Positions 54,301-61,630 of a stretch of 64,000 bases of DNA are shown piece by piece. Within the stretch, counting starts at the first letter, position 1, and each line of letters opens with the position of its first letter. The notes under the pieces were generated by a model. The model was given only the letters and a program-made list of their open reading frames with translations. It ran no database searches and was not told the origin of the DNA. Source of the stretch: Octopus bimaculoides (Eukaryota); NCBI RefSeq assembly GCF_001194135.2, contig NC_068984.1:18506279-18570278 (forward strand), read 5' to 3'. A program made the translations under genes and the position numbers.

Positions 54301-56792
54301 AACATTGAATAATGTGTAAAGATTTTTCTGGCTCTATAAATCAACTGCACCTTTTGTCATACATGTCTTCCGTTTTTTTTTCACAATTCTTCATAGTTAA
54401 ACACATTGAATTATGAGTTTTAAATTACCTTTTAATTATTTTCTTTCTTAATTTTAGGCTATGGTGTCTTCTCCTCCTCGAATTGATGACCAGGTGAGTT
54501 ATCATAGCAGTTTTTTTCCTGTTTTTATTTTTATTTATTTATTTATTTTTTTTTCAATTACAGGTACAACATCGATTTTCCAAAACCTTTGGTTCCAAAG
54601 CTATTCTAAAATACTGAGTTTTCCAAACTAGGGGTGGTTCCATTCTAAATCAAACAAATATCAAATTTACTTAAATAATTAAATGAAATGCAGGTTCCTA
54701 TACATTAGTATAAAAGATACAAGTTTTTTAATACTGTATCGTGCAAGGTAGCAGCAAACTACAGGGTGTTTCAAAAGTCTATGTCACATTCTACAAACTC
54801 TTATATCATGAACTACAAATGGTAGCATGATTGAACTTTATGATTGAACATGATTACCATTTAAAAGCTAAAAGTATCAAGTTTTCTTCTGTTATTTTAA
54901 TTTTGTTTTTTGTCTCTTTTCAGATCCAGTAATGTCATTCACAAAAGAAGAGAAGTCATTTTGCATCCTAGAATACACTAAAACTGAATCACGGACACAT
55001 GTTCAACGCAAATTTCATACACTTTTTACTAAGCAGGCACCAGGCAGACGTTACATTTTGAATTGGCATGCAAAATTGAAGGAGGAGGGGTGTTTGTGCC
55101 TGGCAAAGAGAACAGGACGCCCTTGTGAAAAATTCATGGTGAATAGGTTTATCAGAGCCCTTCAACTGTTGAACCAATTGCAGCTTGTATGGTGTGAACT
55201 GCAGCCGTCTCCTTAAGATGTGCCAAACAGTTGTTGATGTGAGCTGAAGTTCTTGACTGGCTATTCTGACTGATTTCTGGGAGCTGCACTGGAAGGCTTG
55301 CCAAACTTGTTCAACCATATCATCTGAAGTTGAGGAGCTTCCTGTTCTCTTTGCCAGGCACACACACACCCTCCTCTTTCAATTTTGCATGCCAATTCAA
55401 AATGGAACGTCTGTCTGGTGCCTGCTTGGTAAACGTTGTACAAAATTTGCATTGAACATGTGTCCATGATTCAGTTTTAGCATATTCTAGAACACAAAAT
55501 GACTTCTCTTCTTTTGTGAATGACATTACTGGATCTGAAAAGAGACAAAAAACAAAATTTAATTAAAATTTAATTAACAGAAGAAAACTTGATACTTTTA
55601 GCTTTTAAATAGTACCAGTTCAATCATGCTACCAATTTGTAGTTCATGATTTAAGAGTTCTTAAAATGTGACATAGACTTTTGACACACCCTGTAGTCTG
55701 ACAGCCATGGGAATGTGAAGTTTCTGCTCATAAATTAGTGCAGATTATAGGAGATTCCACCCCACCAATACCTGGGAAATCAGTGTTATACATGTAATTT
55801 TATTTTTTTTATTGATATCCATTTTCCCATGCTACAATTTGTAGACTGACCTAAGCCATGAAAGTTCATAAACAAATGGAATTTCTTTTCAATTTGAGAT
55901 TATTGCTTTTGTATTTTTTAGAGTAAAAAAATCTTAATGAAATTAAAACAACTTAATGAAATAACATACTTATTTGTATGATTGAAATAATGAACAAGCT
56001 AGTGTTGTTTATTTTATTTATTTAAAAAAAGATTTTTAGTTATTCTTTTTTAATTTCTTTTTAATAAAAAGAAATTAGTCTTAATTCTATGAAATTTTTA
56101 ATGCCAGTTCTCCCCAAAAAATAGAAATAAATTCCTCTATTTTATCATTTTGATATTTCTAAGCATCTCTTTTACAATATGCCACATTCTTGTAAAAGAC
56201 TCACTTCCAATGGACAGGCAATTAACAGCATGCAAACGTCCTCGTTATCTATGATTCTGATCAATAACTCATTAGGACATTCTGCAGTATTCTGACTCCT
56301 CTTCTAACATTGGCACAGATAAATGTACTAAATTGCTTATTATTAACTGACATACAATCTGTTCTGTGACTGAACACTAATTTCTCACCACTCCATCAAT
56401 GATTGGACCATCTAAGATCATTAAATAAGTTGATTTTCTATTATTGATTGCTGCCATGAATTAAGTACATACTGAATAAATATAAATGCAAACTGATTTA
56501 TATTTCAGATAGTGTGCGTGTGTATATACATGTTATTGGTGTTGTTTAACCATTGAATGTCACTTTAATACGAAATCTTTTATTCAATCTTTGTTTCAGC
56601 TACGTGCTGACAGCATCCAAGATCTCTCATTCCAAGAACTGTACACGTCATCCTCTTCCCACAAATCTGCCAACAGCTCCTACGCTGGTGAGTCAATGAT
56701 GAGAAAACGAGCCTTTTCTGAGGTTGGGGCAAACATAGCAAATGCTGCTAAGGAAGGCGGTCTCTTGACAAGGAGGCGTTCAGTCGGCTTAG
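6765..56792 (+). CDS. KIF13: Partial multi-exon kinesin-3 KIF13A/B-like gene (15 exons E1-E15 in window; 1963 coding nt, or 2068 with the E15 extension)
   Basis: Exons join with compatible phases into one open frame. It carries KIF13 hallmark peptides [87 protein letters not shown] and [13 protein letters not shown] versus B paralog cannot be assigned. Confidence 0.95.
8504..8674 (+). CDS. KIF13: KIF13 exon E2: [14 protein letters not shown]...AIGAPLYVR
   Basis: attacag acceptor, CGG|gtatgt donor, 171 nt, phase 0/0; continues the GE-(V/I)AG(R/K)LHVE motif. Confidence 0.93.
12940..13312 (+). mobile_element. RTE 3'-end fragment with tandem 66-bp UTR units. Other 3' ends: about 5555-5880(-), 7478-7670(-), 8168-8383(-), 14342-14435(-), 25393-25665(+), 25730-26032(+), 43435-43620(+), 47270-47487(+), 50755-50968(+), 51866-52100(-)
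   Basis: Shared ttaggaagggcatccagctgtagaaa ... aacccatgccagcatgg ... (gat)n. Confidence 0.85.
13605..13655 (+). mobile_element. Degenerate tRNA-derived SINE head
   Basis: ggtgtagtggttagcaca ... gttcaaatccc (A and B boxes) followed by a (CA)n tail; no intact cloverleaf. Confidence 0.55.
18328..18498 (+). CDS. KIF13: KIF13 exon E3: [34 protein letters not shown]...VTFSHTK
   Basis: tttttatag acceptor, AAG|gtaatt donor, 171 nt, phase 0/0; not in the ORF track. Confidence 0.95.
18606..18882. mobile_element. hAT (Charlie-like) MITE, 277 bp
   Basis: Perfect 16-bp TIR CAGGGGTTTTCAAACT / AGTTTGAAAACCCCTG; perfect 8-bp TSD ATTTAGAA (18598-18605, 18883-18890). Confidence 0.92.
20242..20396 (+). CDS. 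KIF13: KIF13 exon E4: [30 protein letters not shown]...RSRSLLD(R)
   Basis: ttttgtttctag acceptor, AG|gtaagt donor, 155 nt, phase 0/2. Confidence 0.95.
21538..21670 (+). CDS. KIF13: KIF13 exon E5: [44 protein letters not shown]
   Basis: aatag acceptor, CAG|gtaaaa donor, 133 nt, phase 2/0. Confidence 0.95.
22143..22541 (+). mobile_element. tRNA-derived SINE family S2 with an internal (TA)/(TG) microsatellite. Other copies: about 16082-16515(-), 17059-17321(+), 21789-22088(-), 23415-23720(-), 30030-30230 and 30480-30640(-), 44730-45355(-), 52150-52290(-), 59055-59440(-)
   Basis: Head ggagtggctgtgtggtaagtagc...ggttcagtccc (A and B boxes); tail aaggcggtgctccagcatggcc...gaaacaagtaaaaga. Confidence 0.88.
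22604..22821 (+). mobile_element. TTAA-flanked MITE family B (218 bp); second full copy 49352-49572; partial ends near 18933, 53112 and 58943
   Basis: ttaa-(c)cctttag ... tgctaaaggg-ttaa; body colinear with 49352-49572. Confidence 0.82.
24052..24826 (-). mobile_element. Young 5'-truncated RTE-clade LINE (ORF C-terminus, 3' UTR, (GAT)n tail), interrupted by a gap
   Basis: [54 protein letters not shown] is the typical RTE C-terminus; aagggcatccagctgtagaaa 3' motif. Confidence 0.9.
26776..27238 (-). mobile_element. TTAA-flanked MITE family A (piggyBac-like ends), with nested SINE
   Basis: TTAA at both ends; colinear reverse complement of the copies at 29074 and 49292. Confidence 0.8.
29074..29602 (+). 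mobile_element. TTAA-flanked MITE family A, with nested CORE-SINE
   Basis: ttaa-accttttggtacc ... ggtaacaaaagag-ttaa. Confidence 0.8.
29143..29452 (+). mobile_element. tRNA-derived CORE-type SINE. Other copies: about 12490-12695(-), 20445-20700, 33038-33330, 44545-44680, 50517-50706 (3' half)
   Basis: Head tggctcagtggttagag...gagttcaattcc. Its ttgagcaagaca...cagttcactcagctgtagaaatgag aligns by eye with the MIR core ttgggcaagtcactt...cagtttcctcatctgtaaaatggg. Confidence 0.8.
29716..29959 (+). CDS. KIF13: KIF13 exon E6: [25 protein letters not shown]...[39 protein letters not shown]
   Basis: ctctttgtacag acceptor, G|gtaacc donor, 244 nt, phase 0/1. Confidence 0.95.
31675..31806 (+). repeat. 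Unclassified dispersed repeat, 3 copies (about 2480-2545, 30285-30425, 31670-31806)
   Basis: Exact 23-mer AGCCAAAACTTCAAAGTCACTGT at 2499, 30300 and 31681, with colinear diverged flanks. Confidence 0.8.
33497..33570 (+). repeat. Unclassified short dispersed repeat (core gatttggctgctatttctagca); copies near 10107, 14198, 33497 and 38068
   Basis: Four similar copies, all on the + strand. Confidence 0.7.
36867..36993 (+). CDS. KIF13: KIF13 exon E7: (D)[41 protein letters not shown]
   Basis: atatttcag acceptor, AG|gtaaat donor, 127 nt, phase 1/2. Confidence 0.95.
38299..38354 (+). CDS. KIF13: KIF13 exon E8: (S)[18 protein letters not shown]
   Basis: poly-T then gtgccag acceptor, G|gtaggt donor, 56 nt, phase 2/1. 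Confidence 0.92.
38880..39150 (-). mobile_element. Young RTE LINE 3' end
   Basis: About 7 mismatches in about 210 bp against 24070-24284. Confidence 0.88.
39325..39539. mobile_element. Mariner-type MITE, copy 1 (215 bp)
   Basis: TA flanks; ends CGAAGGGTGCTGAAAAGTTCCTG / CAGGAACTTTTCAGTACCCCTCA; second copy at 41927. Confidence 0.85.
40462..40589 (+). CDS. KIF13: KIF13 exon E9: (A)[42 protein letters not shown]
   Basis: aattccag acceptor, GAT|gtgagt donor, 128 nt, phase 1/0. Confidence 0.95.
41927..42142. mobile_element. Mariner-type MITE, copy 2 (216 bp, same orientation as copy 1)
   Basis: TA flanks; colinear with 39325-39539 over its whole length. Confidence 0.85.
42453..42677 (+). CDS. 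KIF13: KIF13 exon E10: [50 protein letters not shown]...KKRITRS
   Basis: aaattcag acceptor, TCT|gtacga donor (weak, but phase 0 matches E11), 225 nt. Confidence 0.9.
42721..42912. mobile_element. Tc1/mariner MITE with CAGGGTGT-type TIR (192 bp)
   Basis: TA-CAGGTGTCCATATATTACCTTTACA versus reverse complement of the right end CAGGGTGTTCATAAATTATCTTTACA; right flank TG (decayed TA). Confidence 0.75.
45038..45262 (+). mobile_element. tRNA-derived SINE family S1, young copy. Other copies: about 11985-12195, 12237-12455, 16788-16955, 17369-17585, 17762-17970, 26812-27034, 61637-61845, 63059-63240
   Basis: A-box-like tggcagaa.cgttagc, B box gagttcaaattcc, body catcctttcggggtcgataaattaagtaccag; perfect 17-bp TSD agaagatatttgttcaa. 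Confidence 0.88.
46803..46835. repeat. (CCATT)n pentanucleotide microsatellite, about 6.5 units
   Basis: ccattccattccattctattccattccattcca. Confidence 0.9.
47864..48875 (-). mobile_element. Degraded RTE-clade LINE fragment, apparently lacking the RT core
   Basis: Frameshifted peptides [16 protein letters not shown]...[27 protein letters not shown] and [12 protein letters not shown], followed by the 3' UTR and tail. Confidence 0.85.
49292..49724 (+). mobile_element. TTAA-flanked MITE family A, with nested family-B MITE (49352-49572)
   Basis: ttaa-cccttttggtacc ... ggtagcaaaaatg-ttaa. Confidence 0.8.
49851..49904 (+). CDS. KIF13: KIF13 exon E11: [18 protein letters not shown]
   Basis: tttttttcag acceptor, AAA|gtaagt donor, 54 nt, phase 0/0. 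Confidence 0.93.
52853..53005 (+). CDS. KIF13: KIF13 exon E12: [51 protein letters not shown]
   Basis: polypyrimidine tract then atcag acceptor, CAG|gtgaga donor, 153 nt, phase 0/0. Confidence 0.95.
53894..53971 (+). CDS. KIF13: KIF13 exon E13: [26 protein letters not shown] (GC donor)
   Basis: ttctctttccag acceptor, CAG|gcaagt non-canonical GC donor, 78 nt, phase 0/0. Confidence 0.85.
54050..54262. mobile_element. Possible third TTAA-flanked MITE (family C)
   Basis: ttaa-ccccttgc ... gcaaagag-ttaa; size similar to family B; single copy with imperfect TIR. Confidence 0.5.
54458..54493 (+). CDS. KIF13: KIF13 microexon E14: [12 protein letters not shown]
   Basis: long pyrimidine tract then ttttag acceptor, CAG|gtgagt donor, 36 nt, phase 0/0, no stop codon. 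Confidence 0.7.
54762..55693. mobile_element. Fold-back Tc1/mariner-superfamily element (932 bp): two transposase 5' ends as about 355-bp inverted arms
   Basis: TA-CAGGGTGT ... ACACCCTG-TA; arms 54762-55117 and 55340-55693 are reverse complements; both encode [11 protein letters not shown](I/V)LEY.. Confidence 0.92.
55123..55526 (-). pseudogene. Truncated, frameshifted Tc1/mariner transposase N-terminus (HTH region; resembles DUF4817-type, rosa/DD41D-like elements)
   Basis: [25 protein letters not shown]...[10 protein letters not shown], frameshift at a (CA)n run, then [65 protein letters not shown]. No DDD domain. Subfamily call is from memory. Confidence 0.85.
56600..56792 (+). CDS. KIF13: KIF13 exon E15: [29 protein letters not shown](G), with an in-frame 105-nt extension to a second donor
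   Basis: ttgtttcag acceptor; phase-1 donors G|gtgagt after 56687 and G|gtgggt after 56792; open frame, GC-richer than flanks. Confidence 0.75.
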
Positions 56793-57438
56793 GTGGGTGC
56801 CAAATCACTATAACACTATTTAATAGATGCATCCGTAGTGGACTCCGTTCCTCCTTTCAATACCTCTCCACCATCACTTAATAATTATAGCTGCTTTGCA
56901 ATTGGGCTGCTCGGACAATTTTTATTCCTTCACTGTTTATTCAGATACATACGGAACCATTTTCCCCTCCATCTAGTTTTTTGCCTCATCTCTATCATTT
57001 AATGTCCTATCACACATACACATACCTCTCCCATTTGTCGTCATTAGCCAACAATGAACTTGCAATGTGACTTTGATACAAGCAATCCCCTTGCTAATTG
57101 CTATATTAGTTGCTATTTGTGCATCAGTGTATACTGCTATTTAGTATGTCTTGATTCTTGTACTATTCTTATTAAGCATCCATCATCCATCAAACATCAC
57201 ATTAGTGTTTGTGTCCAGTCTGATCTCAGCTAAGCTATAATCACTACTATAGTGGTCATATACTTCTATCAATTATAACCTCTACAATCTTTTCAATTCA
57301 TGAAAGCAACACTCAAGTATGGTTATAGCCTTGATGGCTAAAACAAATTTGAAAGTTGTTAAATTAAATAGAAACCTTCAGTTTTTGGTTTGTTTCTTTT
57401 CTTCTGTTTTTACTTCTAAAGCTTGATAAAATAAACAG

Positions 57439-57968
57439 TTGAAGATGTTTCCATTAATATTTAATGAAATAAATAGTTTAAGAGGTTATAATACATAAAA
57501 ATGTGTATATTAATAGTTTAAGAGATTATAATACTTAAAGATATGTCTATCAATATTTAATAGAATAAGTTAGGAGGTTATTTTAATTAAAGATGTGTCT
57601 ATTGATATTTAGCAAATAGTTTCAGAAGTTGTACCTATATGTATTCATTAGTATTTAATAGAATAAATATTAAGAGGTTGATTTACTTATTAATAAAATA
57701 AGTTGCTTTAGAGACTGCTTTACTTGAAGATGTGTCAATTAATAGAATAACTAGTATAAGAGCCTGTACTTAAAGATGTGTATCCATTATTAGTATTTGA
57801 TAGAATAACAACTTTAAGAGGTTATTATACTTGAAGACGTGTGTTCATTTATGTTTAATGGTATAAACAGCTTAAGAGATTGTTAAGAAGCCTGAAGTTG
57901 TGTGTTCATTAATGTTTAAGGGAATAAATAGCTTAAGAAACTTGAAGTTGTATGTCTATTAATATTTC
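57439..57968. repeat. Degenerate AT-rich minisatellite, unit about 55-60 bp, roughly 9-10 copies
   Basis: Recurring motif close to acttgaagatgtgtgtctattaatatttaatagaataaatagtttaagaggttattat. Confidence 0.8.
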
Positions 57969-60131
57969 ATTCAGGAAAGTCACCACTGGATGTTTAAAGA
58001 ATGTTCAGTAATATTAACTCATTCTTATTAGTTTTCTATAATATTTTTGATGTTGCTGTGGTTGTCAGACAAGATGAAAAAAAACACATGCACATACACT
58101 GCATCAGATGAGTCACTGATTTCTTAAGATAGTTTAATTGATTAGTTATCTCTTTCAAATAAATTGATCAACAGAATCCTTCAATTGAATCCCTTCTCCC
58201 TCTTATCAAAACATTGGGAACAATTACTCCAGTACATAAGTAAACTCCTACAGTGACAAATACTCTAGTGCATTGCTCTTGATCAGCAAAGACTGACACA
58301 ACTTTCATTGCTGATTAAAAGTCATTCCATTCTACTCCCTATCATTGATGTCCTTGAAAAAGCATGAATATCACAACACCTTATTTTTTCCCTTTTAATG
58401 CATTGTGGTTTTATATTTTTAAATATGTTGAATAGAATGCCTTGTGGTATTTAGACTCTCTACTTTTTGAATTCAAATCTTGCTTGAGTAGACTTTACCT
58501 TTCATTATTCTAGGACTGAGATTAAATTTCATCTAAAAATCATTGGTGATAATTACTACAATTTATGTTTTGCTTCCTTTCTTGAAAAATACTGTAACCA
58601 AGGTGATTTGGTTAATTTTTAAAAAAAGAAAAACTGCTTTTCCTTTTCTTCTTTTAATCTTTATTCATTTATCTGGAAAATGGTGTTTTTAACATCCATT
58701 TTTCTTAAGCTATTTTAATACAAAGTGGATTTGAAGCAATTATTTTCACAACTGAATACCATTCCTTATTATGTTATTGTACAATAGGAGTGGAGAGTGA
58801 AGCTTTATGTCCTGACAAATGAAGCAAGCCATCTTAAACATAACACAATGAATGTAGTAACAAGATTTGAGCAAACTCATTAACATGACCACTTGTTCAA
58901 TATTTTGACTTCACCACAATTATATTTTCTTATATTCTTTAACCTTTTAGCATTCAGGTCACTTTGTTAAATGTGATTCTTATTTATTCACAAATAGAGT
59001 ACCTATGCTATCTGTCAGCTTATGCCAAATATATTTTTAGTTCATCATAGAATTTTATTTGTTTCGGTCATTGGACTGCAGCTATGCTGGGGCACTTCCT
59101 TGAAGGGCTTTAGTTAAATAAATCAACCACCAGCACTTATTTTTCAAGATTTGTACTTATTCTATTGGTATTCTCTGCTGAACTGCTAAGTTTTAGGGAT
59201 GTAAACAAATCATCACTACTTGTCAAGCAGTGTAGAGGCCAAACAAAGAGACATATGCATGTACGCATGCTCTAAGTGTACACATACATATATGACAGGC
59301 TTTTACACAGTTTCCACTTACCAAATTCACTCACAAAGCATTGATCAGTCCTAAAACACTCACCTAAGTTGTCATGCAACAGGACTAAACCTGAAACTAC
59401 ATTGATGCAGAATGAGTTTTTTAACCACACAGCTGTGTCTAGCTGGTTTAGAATTAGGCATTCAATGATTTTTTAACTAATGTACAAGGAAATGTATTTA
59501 TTAGATACAGTCTGTTGTATAAAGAACATTCTATACTAAGACACGAACCTAAGGCATTTTTTGCTAGGTTTTCAGTCTAGGTTTTAAGCTAATTATCTTG
59601 CTAATATTCAATAATATTTTTCCCTGTTTAGATAAGGAAAACCACTACTATACAAACACCATTTCATTGTCTTTATGTTGTTTCTTCACACATTATTTTG
59701 AACCAGATCTATATTTATACATCATTATTTAAATTGTTTTATATAGTCATATACACACTGTCTATCTACACAGCACATATTTACATTATATACATTTTGT
59801 CTGTCTACACAGCAATGTTTTACATATATATATATATATTTATATATATATAGTCACACAAGTTACTTATCTATATAGCACAAATATTATTGCCTCTTCA
59901 CTTTATTATTGTTTCCATCGATGTTGTTTGTTTAATCTGTTGTTTAAATCTGTACATTCAAATGGACACTTTTCTGTTTTCTTTAATCTTATGATTAGCT
60001 GATTAACTTTCTTTTGGTGATTCACATTTCAATATTGTTTACATAATTCCCTTAAAATTAGGTTTGTTAACAAAAAAAATATTTAAAACTCAGAACATAC
60101 ATTCTAGTGATTTTCCATATTAGTGAATGAG

Positions 60132-60173
<42 letters not shown>

Positions 60174-61486
60174 CATATTGTCTGTTATCTATTCAGACTA
60201 ATTTGAATTTAATCTTCTCAATTAGATATTAGTTTAATTTCCATGTGCTGATTAACCAAAAATTTTCTTTTGATTTGATAATGATGAAATTTTCTTTGCT
60301 TCTTATTAATCTCCAGAGATAATGGCTCTGTGTTAAAAAAAAAATTGTTGTTACTTATAATGGAAAATATGTACTGAGGGATTATCTCATGAGAATCCAA
60401 TATTGGAAGATGAATTTAATGGCAGTTAAACTTATCATCTCAGTATGTTATATGTGTAGAAGCAACAAGGAGTTGGTCATCATTTACATAGATGTTAAGG
60501 TGGTATGTGTATTAATACTAGTGTCATTGCCCAAAACGGTTGGACTCCAGTTTACATGGGGGTAATTTTTAAAACTGAATTTTTAAAAATGTAAATCAGT
60601 TTTAAATTAAATAGTGTGTCTCAATGTCAGCATGCTAAATGAAGTTTTAGTCTCAGTGTCAATTTAAATTTTATTTGTGATACTGTATTTTTTTTTTTTT
60701 TNNNNNNNNNNAAGCAGAAGGGTTACATTCTAGTTGATAGAGATACTCAGAAGTTTTTGATGAGAGGAAGAGAGGTAGATGAATCAATTGGGATTAAATG
60801 AAAATAGTTGAAATAAGAAGTTCACAGAAATAGAGGTCACTGTAATAAGAGCTGAACAAATAAAGAACACACATGACAGATGTTTTTTTTTTTATGTGGT
60901 TCAAATATGCACTGTCTGGCACAATGTACATTTTTCTCAAATGTGTACACAGTTTTGTTGTTTTGGGTGGATTCGAAACATGTAGAGACCAAAGCAGCTG
61001 TTCAGTTCTAAAATGTTTTCTAGCTCCTAAAAAGAAACCCAAGAAAGCCAACAACAACAGCCATTCAACAAAACCTCACTCAAATCACACCCTGACATCT
61101 TAAAAGACAGATTAAATAATGCAGTTTCTAAGATAGGCTGATCATAGAATACCTTTGTTCATTTGTTTGTCTCTTCAATCTGGTTTTATGTGGGCCTGTA
61201 AAACAAGTCCTAGTTATAGTACATTCCCATGATGTCCTGAGGGTTAGTCAGCGTTAACATCTGTTAAGAGTGTTAAGGTTTTTGCCTGAGTAATGAAGAT
61301 GTAAATAGTAATATTTATTGTGTCCTGAGTTTAATATCAGTTGCTATTTTCATTTTGTTTTATCTCGATTTTCATTTGTGTTTACATTTCTAAAACCCTT
61401 ATAAAAAGGCATGAACTTTCTGAGTTTCATATTTTAGCCTCCCTAAAAAAATCTCAAGTTTCTTATCCCCATCAGAAACAATCATC

Positions 61487-61630
61487 GTTATTATTATTAT
61501 TATTATTATCATTATTATTACCATTATTATTATCATCATTATTATTACCATTATTATTATTTTTATTATTATTATTATCATCATCATCATTATTATTACC
61601 ATTATTATTATTATCATTATTATTATTATT
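61487..61630. repeat. (ATT)n/(ATC)n trinucleotide microsatellite
   Basis: Direct inspection. Confidence 0.97.

Noticed and set aside
54564-54617. Cryptic exon after ttcaattacag ([17 protein letters not shown]-stop)
   Set aside because: There is a plausible acceptor 70 nt after E14, but no homology or other support distinguishes it from a chance AG after poly-T.
54932-55216. Functional 94-aa transposase gene
   Set aside because: Only the first ~62 codons are transposase; the rest is antisense read-through, and there is no catalytic domain.
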